Source: Anthoceros angustus (taxonomy: Eukaryota; Plantae; Anthocerotophyta). Taken from it: a stretch of 64,000 bases of DNA. Made by a program: the position numbers and the translations under genes. The notes below the pieces were generated by a model. The model was not told where the DNA came from, searched no databases, and was given only the letters and a program-made list of their open reading frames with translations. The stretch is from positions 868,001 to 932,000 of the forward strand of contig VJWM01000044.1 of the NCBI GenBank assembly GCA_010909165.1, read 5' to 3'. Shown here piece after piece: positions 46,001 to 58,539 of the stretch; position 1 is the first letter of the stretch; each line of letters starts with the position of its first letter.

Positions 46001-46610
46001 CCGCATCCTTCTGACACAGCCCATCAAACACCCTTCGAGCGTCTTCCAAGCTGCCACACTTGGCATACATGTCCACCAAGCAGCTGCACAGGGACAAACT
46101 GGGCTCCACCTCACTGGCCAACACATCAGCATGCACCTGCTTGCCAGCTCTCAAGTCTGCTCCCCTCGCACAAGCCTGGAGGGCTGCTACAAACACATGG
46201 GCATCCGGCTTCACACTCGACCTGCCCATCTCATGATACAGTTTTATGGCCTGCCTCGGTTGCCCGTGTCTAACATGTGCAGAAATTATGGAAGACCACA
46301 TGAAGGCATCCGGTCTTGCAACCCCGGTGAACACATCCATCGCTTCTTGCAACCTGGCATGAGCAGCATACATCCGAATGATGTGGTTGCACAAGAAGGG
46401 GTCCGACTCATACCCCTGTTCCACAGTAAGAGCATGAACACGGCGTCCCAGAACCAGATCCTTGTTACTCATGCACTTCCTCAACACAGTATACCAAAGA
46501 GACTCGTAAATACGGCAGTGGGCCAGCACCAGAACCCCCAGGGCATCAACGGCCTCGGCCAGCTGCCCTTGCTGGCATAGCCTGCTAACGGTCTCAGCTG
46601 TTACACCCAT
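40054..46610 (-). CDS. Very long PLS-class PPR protein with E1-E2 and a WW-type PG box, DYW truncated before HxE (E+ type). Frameshifted as assembled; a possible transit-peptide exon starts at 47233
   Basis: ORFs 42729-46679 and 40054-42324 hold P-L-S triplets; C-terminus KQPGQSWWTDIDGLVHSFVVGD...GYLP then stop; frame breaks lie in homopolymers of the duplicated block. Confidence 0.9.
41830..44216. repeat. ~1.19-kb tandem duplication inside the PPR gene (41830-43017 and 43018-44208)
   Basis: Junction microhomology AAGCTGTT at 41830, 43018 and 44209; copies nearly identical apart from single-base homopolymer indels. Confidence 0.92.
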
Positions 46611-47392
46611 TTCACACGGTTCAGAATATACAGTCCCCACATGAGCCACTGCAATACCGCTCCTTGAAAAACCCACCAATTCTTGAGGTGTAGGAAACCT
46701 GTCCCAGCAACTATCTCACCACCCAACTTCGACATTGAATGTGGTGCAAGTGAGATGGCTTGAAAGCTCAAGTCGAACCAGTACACCCCGCAATTCGTCC
46801 TCTTCTTCATCATCCACCATCTCTGCTGGTGGTCCAGATGTTGGAGTGGCCTCGTATTCTCGAAGGAGAGAAGCGTGGTACATATCCAGGCTGTATATCC
46901 CGCATTGGAAGTCCATGCTCCAGTTTGTGGGCGACATCTTCCAGTCACGGTTAGTTGCGTTCATAGCGCGCGACGCACACTGAGATCATCAGACATTTTC
47001 TCCCTCCGATTACCGGCCGTACTTATCTTACGCCTAACACGGAAATGGCCGGCCTGGTCCTGCCCTCGCTTGGCAAAAGCGCGGAAGCTGCTGCTGCTGC
47101 GCCTCGGCCTGCGCTGCCGCGCTGTGGAGATAGTGCGAGCAGAGCGGCTGCGTCTTAGGCGGAATCTGCAGCGATAGGGGCTTGGTGGGGATGCGGGGAG
47201 GTGTTGCGTGTGACGCGCAGCTCGGGCAGACATGGTGGGTCTGTGGGTCACCTCCCCTGCAGCATGTTACAGGCCTTTCTCTGCAGGGCAGGGAGCAGGA
47301 CTATAAATTGGAGATCTGTGTCCAGTACACCATCGATCTGGGTGACGGTGATGCACCCGACAGCTGCGTGTGAGTGAGCAAGCAAGGTCGCG

Positions 47393-50300
47393 ATGGCGAT
47401 GTTGGGCGGGGCTCGGACTCTTCCTAAGCACTACCTCGCAGCCAAGGCGAAGAGGCTGAGCAAGCGCAGGCAGGCATTTGCGCAAGGCCGGATTGTTCGG
47501 GCAATCTTTGTTGCCGCCGTGCTCTTGTTTGTCTGGGGCCTCTACCGGGCCTTCTCCGCTTCGTCTTGGAGACCGATTGCTTCTGATGATGACTTGGTTT
47601 CTGCGTCCACTTCGCGTGTGTATTCGGAACTGGGGGACAAGGCTCAAGTGGATATTAGCATGAGGGAGCTGTATGACAAGATAGCATTCCAAGATGTGGA
47701 CGGCGGAGCTTGGAAGCAGGGCTGGGATGTGCGGTACCGGGGAGATGAATGGGATCAGACGAAGCTGAAAGTATTTGTTGTGCCGCATTCTCATAATGAT
47801 CCAGGATGGATCCGAACGGTTGAGCAGTATTACCAAGAGCAATCCCGTCACATCATTTCTACAGTAATTGAAGCCCTGCGTAAGGTGGTAAACGTCGTGT
47901 TATTTCAGTGGACTGTGACGTGTGGAGATGACCGGTGTCTAATGATACAGAGTGTGTGCAATAGGATAAGCGTCGGAAGTTTATTTGGGAGGAGATATCT
48001 TACTTGCAACGATGGTGGATGGATGCTTCGGACATGGATAAGAAATACCTGACTGACCTGGTGAAGAATGGTCAGCTAGAAATTGTGGGCGGTGGATGGG
48101 TCATGAATGACGAGGTGTGACCTAATTGGATCCAATTCAAGTCAATCATGTGATTTCCGTCGGGTATTTTTTGTATGGTAGCTGACCTAGTGCATCTTTC
48201 AGGCAAATTCACATTACTTCGCAATTATTGAGCAGGTTATATTCTCGAGATGCTCCGTTGCGCTTCTTTTATTTGGCATAGCAAGTATCTTCTCTGGTGC
48301 TGGAGTAGGTTGAATGTTCTTAACGCATATTTGTTCCTCTTTGCAGATGATGGAAGGGAATTTGTGGTTGTATGACAACCTGGGTGTCACTCCAAAGAAT
48401 GCTTGGTCCATCGACCCCTTTGGATATTCACCTACAATGGCATATCTGCTAAAGAGAATGGGCTTCAAGAACATGCTCATTCAAAGAGCTCACTATGAGG
48501 TGAAGAAGGCACTTGCAGAGGAGAAAAATCTGGAGTTTATATGGCGCCAAAGTTGGGACTCTGGAAATACCACAGATATTTTCTGCCATATGATGCCATT
48601 TTACAGCTATGATATTCCGCACACTTGTGGTCCTGATCCAGCTGTGTGCTGTCAGTTTGATTATTGGCGCTTACCTGGCAAAGGTTCTGCCCAGTTCTGT
48701 CCGTGGGGCAAAAACCCCGTTGAGATCAACGCACAGAATGTGCAAGAGAGGGCTGAATTGCTCCTTGATCAGTATAGGAAGAAGTCAACTTTGTACAGAA
48801 CTAACACGTTGTTAGCTCCATTGGGGGATGATTTTCGTTATGTGACATCGCAAGAAGCAGAGCTGCAGTACAACAACTACCAAGCAATTTTTGACTATAT
48901 TAACTCACATCCTGAACTGAAAGCAGAAGCACAGTTTGGGACTTTGGATGATTATTTCACATCATTGAGATCAGAAGTAGCGGAAAGGAGTGGGCTTACA
49001 GACTCCAGTCCCCTGGTTCTGCCTGGCTTTCCTGTTCTCTCTGGTGACTTTTTCACATATGCAGATAGGGAGAAAGATTACTGGAGTGGGTATTACGTCT
49101 CAAGACCTTTCTTCAAAGCAGTTGATCGTGTGTTGGAGCAGACCTTGCGTGCTGCGGAAATGCTGTTTGCTTTTTCTCAAGCTTTCTGCCGGCGAACTGA
49201 TTACACGATCTTCCCATTATCTTTCAGTGAACATCTTGTGACAGCTCGGCGGAATCTTGCTTTGTTTCAGCATCATGATGGAGTGACTGGAACAGCCAAA
49301 AACCATGTTGTCCAGGACTATGGAAACCGCATGCACACATCCCTCAATGATCTGCTCCAATTTATGAGCTCTAGTGTGGCTGTCCTTCTGCACAAGGGGG
49401 AGTGCAATAGTATGTCAACAGATTTCTTTGAAGCAGAGCAGAAAAGGACACAACACGATGTTCTGCCTTCCAAGCTAGTGATTGACATGAAGGAGGATGC
49501 ATTTGTTCGTCGAGTCGTTGTCTTCAATTCTCTTGAGAGAGCTGTTGAGCAGGTGGTGACAGTTGTGGTAAGTGACCCAGTTGTCTGTGTGTTTGACTCC
49601 GAGTGGACTCCAATAAAAAGCCAGGCTAGTCCAGCGTGGCAAGTAAAATCTCATGGACTGTTTACTGGCAGGCATAGGCTTCATTGGCAAGCTTTTGTTT
49701 CCCCAATGGGACTGCAGACTTACTTTGTTGCAAAGTTTGATCATAAGGATTGCAAGGTTGCCTCTCTCTCAAGCTTGCAGGTGTTTAATGGTCCGCCAGC
49801 ATTCGCATGTCCATCTCCTTATACCTGCTCCCCTGGACATGGTGATGTGACAGAGATTAAGAATCAGCACGTGACTGCTGTGTTTAGCACTAGTGATGGT
49901 TTGTTAAGGCGCATCACAAGGGATGGTGGTCCGGACATAGCGGTGGAAGAGGAGGTTCGTGCTTATTCCAGTCGAGGTAGTGGTGCATATCTGTTCAAGC
50001 CCATGGGTGAGGCCACATCAATTGTCCGGCAGGGTGGGCTGGTTTTGTTGACTGTAGGCCCAGTAATGCAAGAGGTCTACAGCGAACCTCGGACAATCTG
50101 GGATAGTTACCCATTAGTCCGAAGTGCTCGCCTCTACAGTGGAAACTCTGTGCAGGCGAATCTTGTTGAGATGGATTACCATGTTGAGTTTTTGGAGAAT
50201 CAATACAACAACAAGGAGCTGATTGTCCGCTTTAACACTGGGCTTAAGACGAACAGGGTGTTCTACTCAGACTTGAATGGATTTCAGACCATCAGACGGC

Positions 50301-51112
50301 AGACTTATGACAAGATTCCAACGCAGGGAAACTATTACCCCATGCCACAGCTTGCTTTTCTACAGTGCCCTGGTGGACGGCGTTTCTCCATACACTCGCG
50401 ACAGGCCTTGGGGGTTGCAAGTCTTCGGGATGGCTGCCTGGAAGTGATGCTTGAAAGGCGGCTTCCTCAAGATGATAATCGCGGACTCGGGCAAGGTGTC
50501 ATGGACAATCATCCGACAAACATAGTCTTTCATTTGGTTCTGGAGGCCAACAGAACCCAACTCCTGGAGTCTCCTGGGTCAAATGCCTTACCTTCTCTGC
50601 TTTCCCATCAGGTGGGTGCTGAACTCAATTATCCGCTTCATCTATTTGTGGGCAAACGGGAGCAGAAGTTGAGCCCAAAGCATGTTGTCGAGAGGGGGTC
50701 GTTGACCACCGCATTTACTCCCTTGGCTGTGAATATTCCATGTGATGTACATGTCGTGGGCATGAAGATCCCACGACCACTAGGTTTTGGAACGTCTTAC
50801 CAGTCGACAGATTTCGAGTACAGCCTTACTTTGTTGCGCAGGGGATGGGACACTACTTACAGCCCAGATCGAACCCTGCAAAGGCACTGTGTTCCCATGG
50901 CAGACGACAAGCTAAGCTTCCTGGACTTGTTTAGGAATTATGACCTAACTGGTTTAAGGAACACTTCGCTGACGCTACTGCATGATGATATGTCTCAGTT
51001 TCGGTACGTAGCGCAGGCTGGCAGGAAGGTTAGGGCGGGTGCTACTGAACGGAGAACCTTGGCTCCCATGGAAATTATGGCACTGAAGTTTGGGCTGTCA
51101 GCGTCAGAATAA
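47393..51112 (+). CDS. GMII: Golgi alpha-mannosidase II (GH38)
   Basis: Type II TM anchor; DVDGGAWKQGW; VFVVPHSHNDPGW; RKFIWEE.SYL; LEIVGGGWVMNDE; WSIDPFGYSPTMAYLL; HMMPFYSYDIPHTCGPDPAVCCQFD; QHHDGVTGTAK; QDDNRGLGQGVMDN. Confidence 0.97.
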
Positions 51113-51594
51113 GCATGCAACCTTTGCAGGGGCATACTGCCTACTACAATGGCTGAAGTAGATGTTGGGAAGCCAGAGCTGGGATGAGTTCATCTGATGC
51201 CTTCCGACGGTACTGCACAGTTTGAGTTATTTCTGTGTGCGAAATTGAAGCAAAATTCCTTTTATTTGCAATGCCGTTAATCGGAGACTGCTTCCCCACT
51301 TCATGAAATTGGTATTATACCATCCGGCATACAGTAATCCCGCGTGAGGAATGGCCTTGCTGCATCGAGGGTGCCAGGCATAATAAACAATGGTAACTCT
51401 ATCAATGCCAATTTTGTTATACATCTCTGTTCCTCGTTACAAAGGAATACTATAATCCATCCGCATTTCTATCCGACCAAGCAGGTCGGATAACCCTTGA
51501 CCACCTGAACACTTTGCCTGTCCAGGACAATAATGAGATCGTGAAACATCTACGGCTCATCAATACCTAATCAAAATTGAACACTGAAGGGAAT

Positions 51595-52575
51595 CTACTC
51601 CAACGAAGGTGCTGAACCACCAAAACCACCGCCGCCTCGGCCAAAGCCCCCTCCTCTTCCACCCTGACACAATACAACAAACGCTGTCACCGAGTGACAA
51701 GAAGCAGCAGTCACGAGAAAACTGCTGAAGACCTCCGGATCCATTACATACCCCGCGGAATTCCGGCCGGTATTCCCCTGGAGCTCCACCCTTGTCAAAA
51801 CCTCCAGGTCCTCGAGGAGGGCCCCTGCGGTAGCCTTCCCTCTCGCCATCACCAAATCGCGGAGGGCCCCTGCCACAGCCATCACACGGGAGCCCAAGTA
51901 AGCAACTACAGATGCAGAGGGAGATTAGGTCAACAAAACAAGGAGGAAAGCATGAGGGCAACCGACCTTGGCCTATCACCACCGCCAGGAGGTCCCATGG
52001 GCCTGCTTGGCGGACGAGCAGACTTTTTCAAGGTAGCAGGGACGATCTCCGATGGCAAGTTCAGGTAAGTCCGAAGATACTCAATTCCATCGTTCGTCAG
52101 GTACCAGTAGTAATGCCTCCACGCAAAAGACTCCTTCACATACTCCTTAGATTTGAAGCTCTGCATCAGCTTGATGACCTGCAGCACCAATGATTAGGGC
52201 AACCGCAGGTGTGCGAAAGGCCTGGATACAGCTTCCAGCACATCGAACTGCAAAAATACCTGCAGATTCGGGACTTCGATCTCCGGATGCTTGGGAGCAT
52301 TAAAGTCCTTCTTGGCATACAGAACACCCTCTGCACACGGTCACCATAGCAAATCAGCACCAAACTCGCGTTCCACACACATACACGACTCTCTCTACTC
52401 CGCAAAACCGTGCACCAAGCTGAACCTTTGAAGAGGTACTTGTACACCTCCACTCGGTTCTTCTTCGGAATCAGCTGCAGCCGAGAACATATTATGCTCC
52501 ACCGTCAGTCCACAAGTGATCCAAAACAAGAAAAAAAAAAGCAAGACGCAAAATTTAGGCGGGCGTGCTCACCAT
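51595..52575 (-). CDS. RPS10: 40S ribosomal protein S10 (eS10), six exons with an ATG-only first exon
   Basis: ATG|gtgagc; [16 protein letters not shown]; [23 protein letters not shown]; [52 protein letters not shown]; RG-rich tail. Confidence 0.97.
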
Positions 52576-52901
52576 CTTCCCAAGATTCCCGGCAGCAGAT
52601 GGAATCGAGCCAACCCTCAAGCGTCCAACCGATGGCGACAGAGGCGACCGCAGCCAAGCCTCCCAAAAGAAGAATCCGGAGAGCATAGGTGCCCATATGG
52701 TGCCCTATGAGTGCCCTAAGAAATTAATAGCGTCTAAGGTAATATAGGCCTAAGAAAATAATACCGTCTAAGGAAATATATAGGCAGAGTAATAAGTTAG
52801 CGAGAAGGCCACTGACGAGCGGCTCGGTCCCAAAAGCTGGAGCTCCGCCTCAAAGAAGATGGAAAACGTCAGAATTTATATGGTGTCCCTTGGGGCATAG
52901 T

Positions 52902-53306
52902 AGTAGTATTGGTGAAATAAAGTGGAAAGGTAAAAAGTTGAAAAAGGTAAAAAGTTAAGTTAGTAGCTGCCTGTTAAGAAGATGCATGTGTTGCATGCTT
53001 CATGCAATCTCTTGTTAGAGAGGAATTGCTATAGCCACAAATGAAGAGCTGCCTAGAGAGGACTCTTAGTGATTAGTGGTGTAAGAATCCCTAGATTTAA
53101 CTGCCTAGTTAAGGTCAATTGCGGATATAAAGGGCTAGAGCAAGAGCTCATTCTTTGAGAGAAGCGAGGCAAGTGTCTTGGGGCAAGCCTGTGTTGAGAG
53201 GCTGAGAGCTAGCTAGTGAGCTTGTCATGGAATCAAGGGCGAGCTGGGCCATGATAGCCGATTCCATCGTTGTATTCTTGCAATAAAGAGCAAGACCTCG
53301 AGGAGG
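52902..53306 (+). mobile_element. Truncated LTR copy
   Basis: Matches the first two-thirds of the LTR at 56777; breaks off at CCTCGAGGAGG. Confidence 0.85.
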
Positions 53307-53421
53307 GCCCCTGCGGTAGCCTTCCTCTCGCCATCACCAAATCGCGGACTCGGGCAAGGTGTCATGGACGGGCTACTTGGAGCCTAGTCCGTGTTGTGAG
53401 GTTGAGAGCGTTGAGAATCGT

Positions 53422-54244
53422 GCAAGTCTTGGGATGGCTGCCTGGAAGTGATGCTTGAAAGGCGGCTTCCTCAAGATGATAATCGCGGACTCGGGCAAGG
53501 TGTCATGGACAATCATCCGACAAACATAGTCTTTCATTTGGTTCTGGAGGCCAACAGAACCCAACTCCTGGAGTCTCCTGGGTCAAATGCCTTACCTTCT
53601 CTGCTTTCCCATCAGGTGGGTGCTGAACTCAATTATCCGCTTCATCTATTTGTGGGCAAACAGGAGCAGAAGTTGAGCCCAAAGCATGTTGTCGAGAGGG
53701 GTCGTTGACCACCGCATTTACTCCTTGGCTGTGAATATTCCATGTGATGTACATGTCGTGGGCATGAAGATCCCACGACCACTAGGTTTTGGAACGTCTT
53801 ACCAGTCGACAGATTTCGAGTACAGCCTTACTTTGTTGCGCAGGGATGGGACACTACTTACAGCCCAGATCGAACCCTGCAAAGGCACTGTGTTCCCATG
53901 GCAGACGACAAGCTAAGCTTCCTGGACTTGTTTAGGAATTATGACCTAACTGGTTTAAGGAACACTTCGCTGACGCTACTGCATGATGATATGTCTCAGT
54001 TTCGGTACGTAGCGCAGGCTGGCAGGAAGGTTAGGGCGGGTGCTACTGAACGGAGAACCTTGGCTCCCATGGAAATTATGGCACTGAAGTTTGGGCTGTC
54101 AGCGTCAGAATAAGCATGCAACCTTTGCAGGGGCATACTGCCTACTACAATGGCTGAAGTAGATGTTGGGAAGCCAGAGCTGGGATGAGTTCATCTGATG
54201 CCTTCCGACGGTACTGCACAGTTTGAGTTATTTCTGTGTGCGAA
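53422..54244 (+). pseudogene. GMII: Duplicate of the GMII 3' end (template ~50417-51244); probably artefactual
   Basis: Near-identical to the template, with homopolymer contractions causing frameshifts. Confidence 0.85.
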
Positions 54245-54634
54245 AGGCCTGGATACAGCTTCCAGCACATCGAACTGCAAAACAAGAAAAAAAAAGCAAG
54301 ACGCAAAATTTAGGCGGGCGTGCTCACCATCTTCCCAAGATTCCCGGCAGCAGATGGAATCGAGCCAACCTCAAGCGTCCAACTGATGGCGACAGAGGCG
54401 ACCGCAGCCAAGCCTCCCAAAAGAAGAATCCGGAGAGCATAGGTGCCCTAAGAAATTAATAGCGTCTAAGGTAATATAGGCCTAAGAAAATAATACCGTC
54501 TAAGGAAATATATAGGCAGAGTAATAAGTTAGCGAGAAGGCCACCTGACGAGCGGCTCGGTCCCAAAAGCTGGAGCTCCGCCTCAAAGAAGATGGAAAAC
54601 GTCAGAATTTATATGGTGTCCCTTGGGGCATAGT

Positions 54635-55485
54635 AGTAACAGTATTGGTGAAATAAAGTGGAAAGGTAAAAAGTTGAAAAAGGTAAAAAGTTAAGTTAGT
54701 AGCTGCCTGTTAAGAAGATGCATGTGTTGCATGCTTCATGCAATCTCTTGTTAGAGAGGAATTGCTATAGCCACAAATGAAGCTGCCTAGAGAGGACTCT
54801 TAGTGATTAGTGGTGTAAGAATCCCTAGATTTAACTGCCTAGTTAAGGTCAGTTGCGGGATATATAAGGATATAAAGGGCTTTGAGAGAGCAAGACTCAC
54901 TCTTTGAGAGAGCGAGGCAAGTGTCTTGTTGCAAGCCTTGTGTTGAGAGAGAGGAGAGCTAGCTAGTGAGCTTGTCATGGAATCAAGGCGTGCGTTGGGC
55001 GTAGATAGCGATTCCATCGTTGTATTCTTGCAATAAAGGCACCTCGAGGAGGTGGCTGCAGTCGTCATGGATGGCGGGCTACTTGGAGCCTAGTCTTTGT
55101 GTTGTGAGGTTGAGGCGTTGAGAATCGTGCAAGTCTCTTGTGGAGTGAATTGGCGAGGTCCTAGACTGGGAAGCCAAGACTTGTCGCTTCCTTGGGCTGC
55201 AGAGGGGTGTTACTTGAGTGGTATCGGGCGTAGTCCATTCCTCCGAGTGACTAGAGAGTGCACAAGATGGTCAATGAGAAGCGTAAGGAGAGGCTGAAGA
55301 AGCGGCGGTCCATGATCATCCGCCTCAACCTGAAGATTCATCATCGTCGGAACAAGAGGAAGTGAGCGCCGCGAGAGCACTGAGCCCATGGAGAGAAGTC
55401 GAGGAATGGAAGAAGCGGATGGTGGAAGTACTTTATCAAGTTCTTCCAGTGTCTTGGGCGATGTAATGACTTCAAGGAAGAAGAA
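54635..55485 (+). mobile_element. Full LTR (54635-55214), PBS (55219-55229) and gag stub
   Basis: AGTAAC...GTTACT ends, TGGTATCGGGC, then ATGGTCAATGAGAAGCG as at 57409. Confidence 0.85.
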
Positions 55486-55490
55486 GGAAT

Positions 55491-56456
55491 CTACTCCAAC
55501 GAAGGTGCTGAACCACCAAAACCACCGCCGCCTCGGCCAAAGCCCCTCCTCTTCCACCCTGACACAATACAACAAACGCTGTCACCGAGTGACAAGAAGC
55601 AGCAGTCACGAGAAAACTGCTGAAGACCTCCGGATCCATTACATACCCGCGGAATTCCGGCCGGTATTCCCTGGAGCTCCACCCTTGTCAAAACCTCCAG
55701 GTCCTCGAGGAGGCCCCTGCGGTAGCCTTCCTCTCGCCATCACCGTCGCGGAGGGCCCCTGCCACAGCCATCACACGGGAGCCCAAGTAAGCAACTACAG
55801 ATGCAGAGGGAGATTAGGTCAACAAAACAAGGAGGAAAGCATGAGGGCAACCGACCTTGGCCTATCACCACCGCCAGGAGGTCCCATGGGCCTGCTTGGC
55901 GGACGAGCAGACTTTTCAAGGTAGCAGGGACGATCTCCGATGGCAAGTTCAGGTAAGTCCGAAGATACTCAATTCCATCGTTCGTCAGGTACCAGTAGTA
56001 ATGCCTCCACGCAAAGACTCCTTCACATACTCCTTAGATTTGAAGCTCTGCATCAGCTTGATGACCTGCAGCACCAATGATTAGGGCAACCGCAGGTGTG
56101 CGAAAGGCCTGGATACAGCTTCCAGCACATCGAACTGCAAAATACCTGCAGATTCGGGACTTCGATCTCCGGATGCTTGGGAGCATTAAAGTCCTTCTTG
56201 GCATACAGAACACCCTCTGCACACGGTCACCATAGCAAATCAGCACCAAACTCGCGTTCCACACACATACGACTCTCTCTCCGCAAAACCGTGCACCAAG
56301 CTGAACCTTTGAAGAGGTACTTGTACACCTCCACTCAGTTCTTCTTCGGAATCAGCTGCAGCCGAGAACATATTATGCTCCACCGTCAGTCCACAAGTGA
56401 TCCAAAACAAGAAAAAAAAAAGCAAGACGCAAAATTTAGGCGGGCGTGCTCACCAT
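55491..56456 (-). pseudogene. RPS10: Second RPS10 copy with frameshifting indels; probably artefactual
   Basis: Colinear with 51595-52575 including introns; differences are mainly run contractions (GGG>GG, AAAA>AAA, CA-repeat). Confidence 0.85.
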
Positions 56457-56776
56457 CTTCCCAAGATTCCCGGCAGCAGATGGAATCGAGCCAACCCTCA
56501 AGCGTCCAACCGATGGCGACAGAGGCGACCGCAGCCAAGCCTCCCAAAAGAAGAATCCGGAGAGCATAGGTGCCCATATGAGTGCCCTAAGAAATTAATA
56601 GCGTCTAAGGTAATATAGGCCTAAGAAAATAATACCGTCTAAGGAAATATATAGGCAGAGTAATAAGTTAGCGAGAAGGCCACCCCTGACGAGCGGCTCG
56701 GTCCCAAAAAGCTGGAGCTCCGCCTCAAAGAAGATGGAAAACGTCAGAATTTATATGGTGTCCCTTGGGGCATAGT

Positions 56777-57354
56777 AGTAACGGTATTGGTGAAATAAAG
56801 TGGAAAGGTAAAAAGTTGAAAAAAGGTAAAAAGTTAAGTTAGTAGCTGCCCTGTTAAGAAGATGCATGTGTTGCATGCTTCATGCAATCTCTTGTTAGAG
56901 AGGAATTGCTATAGCCACAAATGAAGAACTGCCTAGAGAGGACTCTTAGTGATTAGTGGTCTGTAAGAATCCCTAGATTTAACAGCTGCCTAGTTAAGGA
57001 CAGGTTGCGGGATATAAAAGGGCTAGAGCAAGAGCTCATTCTTTGAGAGAGCAGGCAAGTGTGCGCTGCAAGCCTTGTGTTGAGAGAGCTGTCGAGAGCT
57101 AGCTAGTGAGCTTGTCATGGAATCAAGGCGTGCGTTGGGCGTAGATAGCGATTCCATCGTTGTATTCTTGCAATAAAGCGGCACCTCGAGGAGGTGGCAC
57201 GTCGTTAATGGATGGCGGGCTACTTGGAGCCTAGTCTTTGTGTTGTGAGGTTGAGGCGTTGAGAATCGTGCAAGTCTCTTGTGGAGTGAATTGGCGAGGT
57301 CCTAGACTGGAAGCCAAGACTTGTCGCTTCCTTCTTGGGCTGAGGGGTGTTACT
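56777..57354 (+). repeat. 5' LTR (~578 bp)
   Basis: Homologous to 63167-63848; terminal inverted AGTAAC/GTTACT. Confidence 0.85.
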
Positions 57355-57358
57355 TTAG

Positions 57359-57370
57359 TGGTATCTGAGC
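57359..57370 (+). promoter_or_regulatory. Primer-binding site, tRNA-iMet type
   Basis: TGGTATCTGAGC versus canonical TGGTATCAGAGC, just after the LTR end. Confidence 0.85.
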
Positions 57371-58539
57371 GTAGTCCATTCCTCCGGAGTGACTAGAGAG
57401 TGCACAAGATGGTCAATGAGAAGCGTAAGGAGAGGCTGAAGAAGCAGCAGTCTCCCGCCGATCATCCGCCTCAATCGCCTGAAGATTCATCATCGTCGGA
57501 ACAAGAGGAAGTGAGAGCGCCGCCTGAGAGCACAGCAGGCCCATCTGGAGAGAGTCAGAGGAATGGAAGAAACGGATGGTGGCAGTACTTTATCAAGTTC
57601 TTCCATGTGTCTTGGACGATGTAATGACTTCAAGGAAGAAGACAAAGAAGAATCCAGAGCCCACAACTCAACAAGGCGAAGATGCGGAAGGACAACAAAA
57701 AGAAATCTTTCCGGCGAATTCAGCGGGCATCTTCAAAGTGGCTCCAAAGTCGAGCATGAAGTTAGCTCTACCAGTACTTAGGTACTGTTGGCAATTTCTT
57801 AAAGGGCTATGCTTTAGTCTGGTAACGGAGTTTATGGTGCTAATGTTGCCCAGGGTAACCGAGCACACATACCATCACAGAGTGGGCATCTTTCAAAGAA
57901 GCCCTCAAGCGGTTCCAACTGCGAATGCTTCGCCTATAGACAGCCTTGACAATATCAAGCAGTGCAATCGACGAGATTATGTAAGTACCTTGTGAAGTTG
58001 TCATGCACCGCACTACCATGAGTGAAGATGACAAATTGCATCGCTTCATGGCTAGTTTGAAGGATTGGGCTGCTAACAGAATTGAGTTGCGTAGTCCAAC
58101 TACATTGGCGAGGCCATTACAGCGGATGCCATTCAAGATACTTTCCATTCTAGTACATCCAACTCCTCCAGAAGATTTCGAGGCGTGCAGGTGGTGGTAT
58201 GCCCGGACTAGAGGAAGCTCTAGTAGTGCAGAGGAGCGCTAAGGACAGGCGGAAATGGAATTGCAAGAGGCAATTCAAGAGGAAATTTCCGGAAGAAATC
58301 GAGGAGCACAGAGGTCATGAGCTGAGAACTTAGGGTTCTCTAAAGGAGTATGCTACTCATGTGGAGAGCCAAGACATTATGCAAATGATGCCCGAATGCT
58401 GAACAGACTCTCAACGTAGCAGAAGGAGATCTATAGCCCCGTAGACTCAAGATTATGGAAGTGGCTGGATCCGAGGATCCCAAGTGATGGGATCGGCCAC
58501 ATGTTGCGAAGGCTGCATGTGGTGAGTCTCAGAGTGCTA

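Noticed and set aside
57359-57370. tRNA gene
   Set aside because: Only the short PBS complementary to the tRNA-Met 3' end; no cloverleaf. No tRNA, rRNA or snRNA genes were recognised anywhere in the window
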